Of a stretch of 64,000 nt of DNA, positions 19,077 to 30,699 are shown in pieces (the stretch's first letter is position 1; the number at the start of each line of letters is the position of its first letter). A program made the position numbers and the translations under genes. Under the pieces are notes generated by a model, which saw only the letters and a program-made list of their open reading frames with translations, ran no database searches and was not told where the DNA came from. The stretch is from Candidatus Marinacidobacterales bacterium (GTDB lineage Bacteria; Acidobacteriota; Vicinamibacteria; Marinacidobacterales; DATDRI01): NCBI GenBank assembly GCA_965219415.1, contig CBDCNP010000002.1, positions 448,001 to 512,000 of the forward strand. Reading direction: 5' to 3'.

Positions 19077-22000
19077 TTAGAAATTGAATCGAAAACCGAT
19101 TTGGATCTCCCGGCCCGGGAGCGGCTCAACGGTCGCACCGGTGCCGAACGCCTCACCGCAACCAGCGGCGTCTGGTAGCCCATCACCGGTCGAATCGCCA
19201 CAAGCCGTCGAGAACCTGAACGGATTGGCCCGGTTGGTGACGTTGAATATCTCAAAGAGCACAACGACATCTTGGCCACCGGAAAAACGGAACTCCTTGG
19301 CCACCCGGAGGTCGATATTGAACAAGCTGTCGGAAAGGAACCCACCCTTTTCGGTCCCGAGCAGACGATTGTCGAATTGAGTATCCCCATCCGAATCCAG
19401 GGGTAAGCCGGCGGCGTTGAACGGTCGTCCCGATTGCGCGTTCATGACGCCAGAGAGATCGAACCCGTAGGGCAACCTCCATAATCCGCTGAACACGAAA
19501 ACGTTTTTCGGCGCGCTCAAACTTCTTCCGATGTCGAGCTCGGGTTGATTGTTGAACAGGAAGCTCGTTTCGGCCGACGCCGGTGGCACACGCAAGGTCG
19601 AAAAGTTGTCCTCTGCGTCGGTGTACGTGTAGCTGGCAAGAAACGAATACCGGCTGCTGAAGCGCTTACGTAGGGCAACGGTGACGGCGTTGGTGTCGAG
19701 AAACCCACGGGGCTCGATTACGTGCGTACAGCTCCCCCCGTCTACGGTATTGCCGTCGCAAGTGTTGGATATGGGAACGTCTCTTAGATTGGTGACCCTT
19801 CGAGTCAGAAGATTCTTGGATCGGCGGATAAACAGCTCCACATCGATGGAGAGATCGCCACCAAGCGCCTGCTCGATCCCGACGTTGAAGGAATCCGTGT
19901 AGGGAGTGGTGTGAGGACGCTGGATGGACTGAATTCCGTCGAAAGCCCTTGGAGACTCTATGAACGACAACGGTCGACCAGCATTGACGCTGGTTTCCCC
20001 GGTTTCATCCAAGAATATAAACGTACCCGTGGAAGGCGCACCGGGCAAGGCGGTCGGGCTATCCGGAACGGGAAAAAAGTCATTCAAAATGTCGAGCGCC
20101 GCCTCCGGCGATAGCCGGCCCCCGGTGAGCTCAGGAATACTGCCATATTCCAATATAGGCGGATTCACGGGATCAGGCACCGGGATTCCCAGTAAGTCAT
20201 AGACGATGAAGGGTTCTCCCTTGCCGGTAATGGTGATATCGCCGGAGGTCCTGACGTCCCCCAAGGGAATGAGGTAGCTGTAGTAATCTGGGCTCGCCAA
20301 CCATCGGATTCCAGAATCCTGCAAAATACCTATCGCCCCGAGACCCGGATTGTTGATATGGGCGCCGCCTCGCGGGATGGTGTGCCAGCTCTCTGTGGCG
20401 AATTGCACTCCACCCAAGTCGGGCGTCCTCTCCACAATCTCCATGATGAACTGGTTGTAGAACCGGCCCCAGGACGAACGAAAAACCGAGTTACCGTCTT
20501 TTCCGAGATCCCAGGCGAACCCGATCCGTGGCCCGATGTTGTTCTTGTCGTCGGAGTATAGGCTCGCGTAGTCGTAACGCAGACCTACGTTCACGGTAAG
20601 CCCTTCCGCGGCCTCCCAATTGTCCTGCACGAACAACGCCCATTGGTTATTCGTGGCCGCGGCATTTGTATTGTCACTCACGATGTCGTGGGTGAATCGG
20701 AGCATCGTGACATCGAGTCCCAGCGTTTCGTAGTTCACATCGATGATCGGATTGGCGATGATGGTTTGGGCGGCTGAGAGGAAAGTGTGATCCAAGGAGA
20801 CGCGGTTCAGATCAACTCCGAACTTGAGCGCGTGATCTCCCTTGAAGTAGGAGAGTCTTTCAACCCACTGAAACTGGTCCTGAGAGCGATCCACCTCGGC
20901 AATCGGGGACGCATTCGACATCCAAATCTGAAACGTGGGAATAAAGGTGATGGGGAAGAGCTGCTCGGCTTCGGCCGGTTTCTCCTTGTTTTCTTGGAAC
21001 AAGAGGTTCGCCCAGCGGAAGGACGATTCCAAAAAGGCGTTTTGGCTGAAAAAAGCGGTATACCTGGCATTCACACTCGTCTGGTCTTGCGTCAAATCCG
21101 AACCGATCGACGGCAGTACGAGGGTTCCCGGCGGCGGCGCAGCGAAACCACGATTCGGATCCGGCAGGAAGTTATTCTGGGTGCCGCGATTGATGTTCAC
21201 CGTGACAAACAGTACGTTCTTGTCATTGAATCGATGATCGGCCTTTAGGAACGTGGTGTACCTAGTGTCCTTCGGAGCTTGGTCGAATGGCTCACGGCCG
21301 AAGGCTGGGGTGAAGTAACCACCCGTAATAATCGGTGGAAGAATGCTTTGATCGAAATTGATTCCCCGCTCCTCGCGAAACATTTGAAACGAGCCAAAGA
21401 AGAACGTCTTGTCCTTCGCAATCGGACCGCCGACAAAACCCCCGAACTCCTGTCGGCTTAGTTGCGGTGCCTCCTGTCCCTCGACGTTAGAGGAATCCAT
21501 TGCGTCATCGCGGAAAAAGGCCCACACCCTGCCTCCGAGATCGTTGGTGCCGGAACGAGTGATCACGTTGGCGACCGCACCCGAGGCCCTGCCGAACTCG
21601 GCCTGGTATCCACCGATCAAGACGTTGAACTCCTGGATCGTGTCTTGTATGTAGAACTCCGCGAAGTTGCGAGTATACGCATCGTTGTTGTCCAACCCGT
21701 CGGCGAGAAACGAGTTAGTAATGGAGCGCTCGCCGAAGAAGGTTACATTCGCACCCTGATCGGAGGCGGAGGGCCTTTCAGCGGCCCCCGGCACGAGCTT
21801 CACCAAGTCCAGAAACTCGCGGCCGTTTAGCGGGATGTTGTCGATGGTCGCGGTATCTACCGCGACTTGAAGGTCCGACTGCGTCGGACGCACCATAGGC
21901 AGCTCAGCCGTAACGGTCACTTCTTCCGTAACTCCAGCCACGGTCATGGTGATATTGATCGGCACCTCCCGATCGAGGGCCACATTGATGCCGGTAACTC

Positions 22001-22280
22001 TCTCGACGGCAAAACCGTCGAGCTGTGCGGTCAGCTCATAGAGCCCCGCCTGAATGCCCGGAATTCGGTACCGTCCATCGTCGGCCGTCGCCACCGTAAC
22101 CGTGCCTCGTAACAACGAAGGACTGGTGATGGATATGGCGACTCCCGGTAGCACCGCACCCTGGCTATCCCGAACGACGCCGTGGATGGTGGACGTGATC
22201 TGCCCGTAGGCCGAGCCCACTGGCAGTGCCAAAAAACTGGCGAACAGACCGATCGCAATCAGTACCCTATGGATGCTCAT
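19077..22280 (-). CDS. TonB-dependent receptor with N-terminal carboxypeptidase-regulatory-like domain (Oar-like)
   Basis: GVVRDSQGAVLPGV, IPLNGREFLDL, IQEF..YQAEFGRASG, FVQDNW..GLRYD motifs; C-terminal GREIQIGFRFNF. Confidence 0.93.
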   Translation of the reverse strand: MSIHRVLIAIGLFASFLALPVGSAYGQITSTIHGVVRDSQGAVLPGVAISITSPSLLRGTVTVATADDGRYRIPGIQAGLYELTAQLDGFAVERVTGINVALDREVPINITMTVAGVTEEVTVTAELPMVRPTQSDLQVAVDTATIDNIPLNGREFLDLVKLVPGAAERPSASDQGANVTFFGERSITNSFLADGLDNNDAYTRNFAEFYIQDTIQEFNVLIGGYQAEFGRASGAVANVITRSGTNDLGGRVWAFFRDDAMDSSNVEGQEAPQLSRQEFGGFVGGPIAKDKTFFFGSFQMFREERGINFDQSILPPIITGGYFTPAFGREPFDQAPKDTRYTTFLKADHRFNDKNVLFVTVNINRGTQNNFLPDPNRGFAAPPPGTLVLPSIGSDLTQDQTSVNARYTAFFSQNAFLESSFRWANLLFQENKEKPAEAEQLFPITFIPTFQIWMSNASPIAEVDRSQDQFQWVERLSYFKGDHALKFGVDLNRVSLDHTFLSAAQTIIANPIIDVNYETLGLDVTMLRFTHDIVSDNTNAAATNNQWALFVQDNWEAAEGLTVNVGLRYDYASLYSDDKNNIGPRIGFAWDLGKDGNSVFRSSWGRFYNQFIMEIVERTPDLGGVQFATESWHTIPRGGAHINNPGLGAIGILQDSGIRWLASPDYYSYLIPLGDVRTSGDITITGKGEPFIVYDLLGIPVPDPVNPPILEYGSIPELTGGRLSPEAALDILNDFFPVPDSPTALPGAPSTGTFIFLDETGETSVNAGRPLSFIESPRAFDGIQSIQRPHTTPYTDSFNVGIEQALGGDLSIDVELFIRRSKNLLTRRVTNLRDVPISNTCDGNTVDGGSCTHVIEPRGFLDTNAVTVALRKRFSSRYSFLASYTYTDAEDNFSTLRVPPASAETSFLFNNQPELDIGRSLSAPKNVFVFSGLWRLPYGFDLSGVMNAQSGRPFNAAGLPLDSDGDTQFDNRLLGTEKGGFLSDSLFNIDLRVAKEFRFSGGQDVVVLFEIFNVTNRANPFRFSTACGDSTGDGLPDAAGCGEAFGTGATVEPLPGREIQIGFRFNF

Positions 22281-22472
22281 CACTCCTCCTCTTGAAGATA
22301 GGTATTCGCCTCGGGAAGTCTCGTTCGTTACCAACACCCCCCGTCTAGACGAGCGCCTCCCGGCGGATGGAGGCCGTCATGCGGCGCAGGCCAACGTGAT
22401 TGCATACAGTATTCAAATAGCCTGGGGCAGCGTATATCACGTGCGAACATCTAGCGTCAAGGCCCGAACCGA

Positions 22473-22700
22473 CTACAGGGGCTCGAAGCACCCGCGGCCG
22501 GGACGACAGTCCTCGCGGTCTGCCGGCTTTCCATCCGGCCCCAGGCAGTTCATGGTATGAATGCACCACACGATGCCGTCACTCGTGTGAGGGACGTCGG
22601 GATCCGGCTCGACCTCGATGAAGAGGCCCTTCCACCGCAAGCACCGGCAGCGCTCACTCGTCTTTACGAGGTCAATCCCCATCGGCCCCATTGGTGCCAT
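22473..22700 (-). CDS. Small Cys-rich hypothetical protein downstream of the Mo-hydroxylase subunit
   Basis: 75 aa, CRC...WCIHTMNCLGPDG...C...RGCF. GGAGAAGGAGG RBS at the end of the upstream gene; 4-nt spacing. Confidence 0.7.
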   Translation of the reverse strand: MAPMGPMGIDLVKTSERCRCLRWKGLFIEVEPDPDVPHTSDGIVWCIHTMNCLGPDGKPADREDCRPGRGCFEPL

Positions 22701-22704
22701 GGGC

Positions 22705-24825
22705 TCAAGCCTCCTTCTCCAAAGCGGCAATGACCCGATCCGCCGTCAGCGGCAGTTGCGGTACGCGCACTCCGATCGCGTTCGCGACCGCATTCGAGAG
22801 GGCGGCACCCGGCGAGATAACCGAAGGTTCGCCCATGCCGATGACGCCTCGCTCGTCGAATCCAGGACCGGTCATCAAGTGAACGACGACCTCGCCGATG
22901 TCTCCGATCCCGGGAAGCTTGTAGAACTCCAAGTCGGCGTTGAGCAAACGACCGGTCACCGGGTCGAATATCTTTTCTTCGGTCAGGGCATAGGCGATCC
23001 CCATGATGACCGCTCCGTAGACCTGGCTCTCGGTGGTCTGGAGATCGATGATGAGGCCGCAATCTTGCACCGCCGCAAACTTGTTGATGCGCACCACGCC
23101 CGTTTCCATGTCCACCGACACGTCTGCCATCTGGACGCCGCCGGTACCGCTGTCGTTGAGCTTGCCCGGGCCCGGGTTGCCACCGGTAACGGTAATGGGA
23201 TTAACACCGAGCTTCGACGCCGCCTCTTTCCAGCTCAGTCTCCGGGCAGGGTCGGCTTTGACTCGAATCACTCCCTCCCTGGCTTCGAGATCGTCCGCGG
23301 TGGCCTCGAGATAGGGAGCGATTCTCTCGAAAAACTGCTCCCGAGCATCTAGCGCTCCCCGACGAGACGAGCCTGTCACTCCTCCCACCGTGGTACTCCC
23401 TCCCGACGGCCCCGACGCCACGTAGCGGCTGTCGCCGAGGGTAACTTTCACCGACTCGAGCGGGATACCGAAAGTCTCCGCCACGACGATGCCCACCACG
23501 GTGCGCGTGCCGGTTCCGATATCTTGGCTAGCCAGCCTAGCCTCCACCAGGCCGTCCGGGTACACGATGACTTCGCAGTTGCTTCGGTGGGCGCGCCCGC
23601 CGAAGGTGTGCATCGACATACCCAAGCCGCGTCGGATCGCACCACTCCCCTCGCCCCGTGGATGCCAGTTCTTCTTCCAGTCGATGAGCTCTGCCGCCTT
23701 GTGGATTTCCTTTTCTAGATCGGCCGCGCGGGATCCGGTGGCCGAGATGTTCTTGAGAAAGAAATCCATCGGATCCATCTGAAGCTCGGCGGCCAGGTCT
23801 TCGAGCGCCGCCATCGTGATGAGGCAGCCCTGAGGATGATTCGGCGCCCGCCAGGCGCGCGCGGCGCCGACGTGCGTGGGAACCGAAGTGTGTTGATGTG
23901 ACTGGTTCTCGAACCGGAAGGGGTACGGAAGCAGCGGCGTTCCGGTCCCTTGAACGCCTCCGGTGCCCCAAGACCGAGAGGACCAAGCGGTGACCGTTCC
24001 ATCTCCGGAAGCCCCTACTTCCACTTCCGCAAAAGCGGAGGGCCGGCCTCCGGCGATGGCGAGCTCGGCGTCGCGCTCCAGCATCAGCTTTACCGGGGCG
24101 TTCGTTTCTCTGGCCAACTCGACACATTCGATGCCCCAGCGATCGGGACTAAACTTGCTGCCGAAACCACCGCCCAAGTGCTGCGTCACGCAACGCACGT
24201 TGGACGCGGGTAGTCCGACCTTTTCGGCGATCTGGCCGGGAATGCCGGAGACACTTTGAGTGGACGCCCAGACGGTCACGTTTTCAGCATCCTGCCATTC
24301 GCTTACCTGGCCGTGTGGCTCGAGGCAACAGTGCGCGATCATCGGGAGGCCGTACCTGTCCTTGATTTTGAATGCCGACGCCGCCATCGCCGACACCGGA
24401 TCGCCGGTCGTCGCTTCTTGGGCCGGCTTGATGGCTGGCGCCGCACCGATGTTCTCCTCGGTCACGTAGTGCGGAAGCACCTCGTACTCGACATTGATGG
24501 CGCGGACAGCGTCGCCCGCAATCTCCTCGGTGGTGGCCGCGACCACCGCGACTTCATCCAGAGACCACTGAATCTCCGCGCCAACGTCCTGTATGACCCG
24601 CACCGCCCGGACCCCAGGCATGCTCTTGGCGGCGGCGACATCGATGCTCGTGATGCGAGCATGGGCGTGCGGGCAACGGAGCACCCTCGCGAAGAGCATC
24701 CCGGGCCGATTGATGTCATATGAATATTTAGCAGCGCCCGTCGACTTGGCCGGACCGTCGACCCTGGTGAGCCGTTTTCCGATGAGCTGGCGATCTTTGG
24801 CTTCCGGCCACCTGTACTCAGCCAT
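22705..24825 (-). CDS. Xanthine dehydrogenase family molybdopterin-binding subunit (YagR/IorB-like)
   Basis: IGKRLTRVDG..KSTGAAKY, HCCLEPH, GGGFGSK, AWRAPNHPQ, QDIGTG and GMGEP motifs. Confidence 0.93.
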   Translation of the reverse strand: MAEYRWPEAKDRQLIGKRLTRVDGPAKSTGAAKYSYDINRPGMLFARVLRCPHAHARITSIDVAAAKSMPGVRAVRVIQDVGAEIQWSLDEVAVVAATTEEIAGDAVRAINVEYEVLPHYVTEENIGAAPAIKPAQEATTGDPVSAMAASAFKIKDRYGLPMIAHCCLEPHGQVSEWQDAENVTVWASTQSVSGIPGQIAEKVGLPASNVRCVTQHLGGGFGSKFSPDRWGIECVELARETNAPVKLMLERDAELAIAGGRPSAFAEVEVGASGDGTVTAWSSRSWGTGGVQGTGTPLLPYPFRFENQSHQHTSVPTHVGAARAWRAPNHPQGCLITMAALEDLAAELQMDPMDFFLKNISATGSRAADLEKEIHKAAELIDWKKNWHPRGEGSGAIRRGLGMSMHTFGGRAHRSNCEVIVYPDGLVEARLASQDIGTGTRTVVGIVVAETFGIPLESVKVTLGDSRYVASGPSGGSTTVGGVTGSSRRGALDAREQFFERIAPYLEATADDLEAREGVIRVKADPARRLSWKEAASKLGVNPITVTGGNPGPGKLNDSGTGGVQMADVSVDMETGVVRINKFAAVQDCGLIIDLQTTESQVYGAVIMGIAYALTEEKIFDPVTGRLLNADLEFYKLPGIGDIGEVVVHLMTGPGFDERGVIGMGEPSVISPGAALSNAVANAIGVRVPQLPLTADRVIAALEKEA

Positions 24826-24883
24826 GGGTCGCTCCTTCCTCTGCCACGTCGAGAGCAGCCTTGCGAATTCCCATGTAGGTCCC
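24818..24883 (-). pseudogene. C-terminal remnant of a (2Fe-2S) small subunit gene
   Basis: Reads GTYMGIRKAALDVAEEGATHG*, the tail that normally follows CRC in CoxS/YagT proteins. Its stop overlaps the Mo-subunit ATG. Upstream sequence has no Fe-S cysteines. Confidence 0.6.
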
Positions 24884-25021
24884 GGCGATCAACCCGGTGG
24901 TCACCGCACCCACCGCGCCGTCGTTTCGGAAAGTAGTTTGCGAAATACCATGCAGGTGTATGCGAGTCAAGTAGGGACGACCTTATCCTCTTGAACCGCC
25001 CCGGGTTTTCCGGAGACTGTT

Positions 25022-26255
<1,234 letters not shown>

Positions 26256-26344
26256 GACTCCATCCTCTCAAGAGGTGGAGTCTCCGGGAAACCCGGGGCG
26301 GTTCACTCTAGAGAACATCAAGCCTGGCACACGGTCAAACACCA

Positions 26345-27706
26345 TCAGTCAGCAATTGACTGATAGGCCAGAACTCGAATTTGGTCATGAAGTCTGTATC
26401 TGTTTTTCCAAGACGCAAGCTGGGTCATGACAATAACTATCAGCTCTTCTTCAGGATCTACATGAAAATATGTGCCAAACGCTCCTTCCCAAAAGTATGC
26501 TCCCAATGATCCTTGTGTTCCTAATTCAGCTAAGTCGGTTGTGACTCCAAAGTGGAGGCCGTACCCATAGTTTCCGACTCCCCGTTGGACAGGAGGAAAT
26601 CTACCGATGTGATCCAACGTCATCAATTCCACAGTCTTACGGCTGAGAACCCTGACGTCGTCCAACTCGCCCATGTTGAGCAGCATCTGACAAAAGCGGA
26701 CGTAGTCCGTGGCTGTAGAAACAAGACCGCCACGGGGAATGAAATAGCGCCTGGAACCATGAATCCAAGAACTTCTGCTTGGCGAGTCAGCTAGTTTCAG
26801 TCCCTCTTCGTCACTCTGGAAATAGACTGAAGTGAGACGAGATGCCTTTTCTTGCGGAAGAAAAAAATAAGTATCCTTCATCCGCAACCGTGAAAATATC
26901 CGTTCCTGGAAAAACCCGTCCAGAGGCATGCCCGAGACGACTTCAACCAGATAACCGAGAACATCGGTCGACCAGTTGTATCCCCACTGGGTACCCGGAT
27001 GGAAGCTTAGCGGCAACGTTGCCAATATTTTCATCGAGTCTGCAAGAGACATATCGGGATGCGGATGGCAGGTCTCGGGTCGAAGGAAGGGCTCGAGTTT
27101 CTGCTGGAAGAGATCTGCAGTGAGCCATCTCTTGTCCTGAGACGTTATTCCCGAGGTGTGAGTCAATAAATCCATGATTGTGATCTCTCGCTTCGCAGGA
27201 ACGGTCATGAACTTTGCCCCGCTCTTATCTCCGGGTGGCGGGGGGACGGCAACATTGGGATTCTTGAACTCTGGAACAAGTCTCGATATGGGATCAGACA
27301 GTAAGAAATGCCCTTCCTCAAACAGCATCATGACAGCGACAGCTGTAATCGGTTTCGTCATCGAGGCAATCCGAAAGATGGCGTCCGCACTCATTGGCTT
27401 CCGGGCTTCCAAATCCATCATCCCCAACGCGTCCAGATGGGCAATTCTGCCGTGCCGGGCAATCAGAATCACGGACCCGGGAATCTCTTGACGATCTATG
27501 AATCCTTGAACAACTGGGCGAATTCGCGCCAGCCGTTCTGAGGACATCCCGACCTCCTCCGGCTTTGCATTAAGCATACCCAGTGCTCTTGCCTTGACAT
27601 CGTCGGAAGCGGTGTGGCAAATCAACAGCATGACTGCCAGAAAACCACGAGTAGCTAGGGTGAAGCCTTTTGAAATAATGTTGGAGAATCCCCGTTTTGT
27701 TAACAT
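26345..27706 (-). CDS. Serine hydrolase, beta-lactamase (class C/EstB-like) family
   Basis: FRIASMTK (SxxK), DLLTHTSG, WGYNWSTD and W.GAFGT motifs. Lower GC than the flanks. Confidence 0.92.
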   Translation of the reverse strand: MLTKRGFSNIISKGFTLATRGFLAVMLLICHTASDDVKARALGMLNAKPEEVGMSSERLARIRPVVQGFIDRQEIPGSVILIARHGRIAHLDALGMMDLEARKPMSADAIFRIASMTKPITAVAVMMLFEEGHFLLSDPISRLVPEFKNPNVAVPPPPGDKSGAKFMTVPAKREITIMDLLTHTSGITSQDKRWLTADLFQQKLEPFLRPETCHPHPDMSLADSMKILATLPLSFHPGTQWGYNWSTDVLGYLVEVVSGMPLDGFFQERIFSRLRMKDTYFFLPQEKASRLTSVYFQSDEEGLKLADSPSRSSWIHGSRRYFIPRGGLVSTATDYVRFCQMLLNMGELDDVRVLSRKTVELMTLDHIGRFPPVQRGVGNYGYGLHFGVTTDLAELGTQGSLGAYFWEGAFGTYFHVDPEEELIVIVMTQLASWKNRYRLHDQIRVLAYQSIAD

Positions 27707-27786
27707 GAATAAACTCCTCTACAACTCAGATGCAGGTGGATTGGGCGAAAAACGTTGTTATTCAGACTCAAAATGAAAAAGTGAGC

Positions 27787-29035
27787 CTAGCTCGCAGAGC
27801 TTCGACCGGCCGGTCCGGTCTCACTCACCATGAACGACAAGAAAACCCCCACGCCAAGGGCTGCTCCCAACAAGCCCACCACCACGAAGAACTGTCGGGG
27901 CGTCGTCGTATCGTAGCTCCCCAGGATCGATCCCAGGACTGGGGATGCCGCGATCCCGAAGAAACAACCAACAGAGATGATAAGACCCTTCGCACGCGCC
28001 GACCTGGTCCTTCGAGACCCCCGGTAGCTCGAGCGGCAAGGCGAACAACAGAACTTGAATCGCCGCGAGGCAAAACCCGATCAAAAGGACCATCGCCCAG
28101 AAGAGCCACCCCAGGGGAACCACGATCAGACCGAGGAATAGCAGGCAAGTGAGGAGAGCCGGGCCGATCAAGAACGGCCGACGCCTCCCGACCCGATCGG
28201 AAAGTCCGGACACGGAAAGCGCCCCGAACACAAAGCCCACCATCGTTAACGCAACCACCTGGCCAGCCGTTTCTTCCGCGGCCCCTTTAGCGATCACCAG
28301 GTACGGAAAACCGAAGGCCAGCCAGCCCAAAATACCGATCTGAGTCACGGCGCCGAGTCCGACCAAGAGCCTCACGTCTCGTTGGCTCGCTACCGAGCGA
28401 AAGCTTCGGAGCATATCGGCGACTCCTTCCGAAGCGCCATGCCCCGACGATGCACGGGAAGATCTCTTGCCGAGGACGAACCATGCGAGAAAAACAACCG
28501 TTCCGATCGCACCGGCTGTTAGGAACAGCTCTGCCCATTTCTCGCCGAACACGGGTATCGCGAACCAGAAGACGGTGAGCACACCGATGGAAGCGCCGGA
28601 CGTATAAAACCCCACCGCTCGTCCCAATTCGTGAGGCGGGAACCACTCGGAGACCGCCTTGGGCATGCCACTCAACAGAAAGGCGTAACCGATTCCAAAG
28701 GCGAAAGTGGCAAGACAGAGCCACGCAAATGTAGGAGCTATTCCCCGCCCCAAGGCGAACACGGCCATCAGCAGCAGTGCGAACCCCACCCCGGCGCGAG
28801 CTCCGAAGCGATCGACCAGTATGCCGGCCGGGATCGAGAAGAGACCCATGGCCAGCAACGGCAGGTTGATCCAGGTGGCCAACTGTGCGGCGCTTAGCCC
28901 GAATTCTTTGGCCACCGAGAGCTGGACCGGGCCACCCGATAGCTGGGTGAGCGCACCGCTGGTGTTGGCGAACCAGATCAGAAAGATAATGTCCCAGCGA
29001 TAGCCTACGGCGTCCGTCTTTGGCTCCGAGCTCAC
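27787..29035 (-). pseudogene. MFS transporter (CynX/NimT-like), 1-bp insertion near 27987 (may be a sequencing error)
   Basis: GILVDRFGAR and GLSDRVGRRRP motif-A copies. Removing one G after ACE restores GLIISVGCFFGIAASPVLG...FMVSETGPAGRSSAS*, giving the last two TM helices and a stop at 27787. Confidence 0.85.
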
Positions 29036-29151
29036 TGCGATGCCCCGGCGGCGGCCGAGTCCTTCAAAAAGAATCTGCGGTGGATTGGCATGCGACCTCC
29101 ACGGATGTCTAGTCTCAACCGAGTGTGCTAGTTTGGGCTCGATAGAGCGCA

Positions 29152-30558
29152 ATGGGCAAGGCATTTTCCCTCATCTGTCTCGTTCTCGCCATCCACGCGG
29201 GCGTGGGGTGTGAATCGCGGCCCGCGAGCCCTCAACTCTTAGTCGCGAACGGCACGCTGATTGACGGTACCGGCGCCGCTCCACGGACCGGGGTGGATGT
29301 CTTGCTTCGGAATGGCGAGATCATAGCCATTGAAGAAGACCTGCGGCCGACCGGCCCTTTCGAGGTTCTCGATGCTACCGGGAAGTTTCTCGTACCTGGA
29401 TTGATCGACACCCACGTCCACTTGGACGCCCCGATCGTTTACCAGATAACAGAGCAAGAACGTTTCCAGATCTTGGAACATACACCGCGAGCGTTTCTCT
29501 ACAGCGGCGTCACGACCGTGCTGGATCTTTCCTCGTACGTCTCTGGGGAGCCGGGTGAGATCTTGGCGAACCGCACCGCTCAGAGAGCCGGACGTCTATT
29601 GTCACCTCGCATCTACACCGTGGGTCTGGCCTTCACGCCGAAAAACGGATGGGGGCCGGAGGGCGAGAGCGCTCTCACCAACGCCGATGAGGCTCGCACC
29701 CGAGCTCGGCGTTACGTAGCGGACGGGGTGGACGGGTTCAAGATCATGGTCGAGGATGATGTGCTGGACCCGGGACCACTACGGGAGAAGTTGGACCAGA
29801 TGGTGGGTGCCGTAGCGGAGGAAGCGCGCCGCGCCCACCTCCCGGTCTATGCCCATGCGGTCAACCTGAGGGAATACCGGCGCGCCCTCGAGCTGAGGCC
29901 CCGGGCGATCGTTCACGGCCTGGAAGACGAGATCACGGATGACGATGCCCTCATCGGTGAGATAGTCCGAACCGGAACCTACATCGTCCCGACTCTGAAC
30001 CTCTTCGAGTCCTTCAACCGATTCGAAGGAAGCCGGACATGGTTCGAGGATGCGATCCTGAAGGCGAGCGTTCCCTCCTTCTTGCTCGAGAAGATGCGCG
30101 ACCCCAACTACATCTCGGAGGAACGACGGCGATTTTCGGCCGACGGCTTTCCGAAGACCACCCCGGAGCGAAACGACCCCTACGCATGGGTAGTGAAGAA
30201 GCTCCCGGTGCTGAAAGAAAACGTGACGAAAATGCACCGAGCCGGCGTCAAGCTCGCGGTAGGCACGGATGCCGGCGGACGAGTGGGCTACAATTTCCAA
30301 GGCTATCAGACGCCCCGAGAGGTGGAGTTGTTGGTTGAGTGCGGACTCACTCCGATGGAGGCGATCGTCGCCGCGACACGGACCGGCGCCGAAGTGATTG
30401 GAGCGAGCGACCGCCTCGGGACCATCGAGCCGGGCAAGGTAGCCGACCTATTGGTTTTGAGCGCCGACCCCACCGAAGACATCCATCACTTGCGACGGAT
30501 CGAGCTCGTCATCCAGGAAGGTCAGGTTCGGGAGAGATCGGAGCTCTCCTACCATTAG
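29152..30558 (+). CDS. Amidohydrolase family protein (secreted/lipoprotein)
   Basis: GKFLVPGLIDTHVH, DGFK, YAHA, VHG, VGTDAG and GKVADLLVL motifs. Confidence 0.92.
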   Translation: MGKAFSLICLVLAIHAGVGCESRPASPQLLVANGTLIDGTGAAPRTGVDVLLRNGEIIAIEEDLRPTGPFEVLDATGKFLVPGLIDTHVHLDAPIVYQITEQERFQILEHTPRAFLYSGVTTVLDLSSYVSGEPGEILANRTAQRAGRLLSPRIYTVGLAFTPKNGWGPEGESALTNADEARTRARRYVADGVDGFKIMVEDDVLDPGPLREKLDQMVGAVAEEARRAHLPVYAHAVNLREYRRALELRPRAIVHGLEDEITDDDALIGEIVRTGTYIVPTLNLFESFNRFEGSRTWFEDAILKASVPSFLLEKMRDPNYISEERRRFSADGFPKTTPERNDPYAWVVKKLPVLKENVTKMHRAGVKLAVGTDAGGRVGYNFQGYQTPREVELLVECGLTPMEAIVAATRTGAEVIGASDRLGTIEPGKVADLLVLSADPTEDIHHLRRIELVIQEGQVRERSELSYH

Positions 30559-30636
30559 TGGAGACTATTGAGATCCGCTGGCTCGGGCGAGTGGCCGGTC
30601 GAAGCGAGGCGAACGCAGGCCAAAGCCTGTAGAGAG

Positions 30637-30669
30637 AAAAAGGCCGGCTGCGGCTTCCCGCAGCCGGCC
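30637..30669 (-). terminator. Rho-independent terminator of the TonB receptor gene
   Basis: 12-bp perfect stem GGCCGGCTGCGG-4nt-CCGCAGCCGGCC followed by T5 on the minus strand, 30 nt after the stop. Confidence 0.85.
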
Positions 30670-30699
30670 CGGAAGCCTTACCCGAACTTCCTTAGCAGG

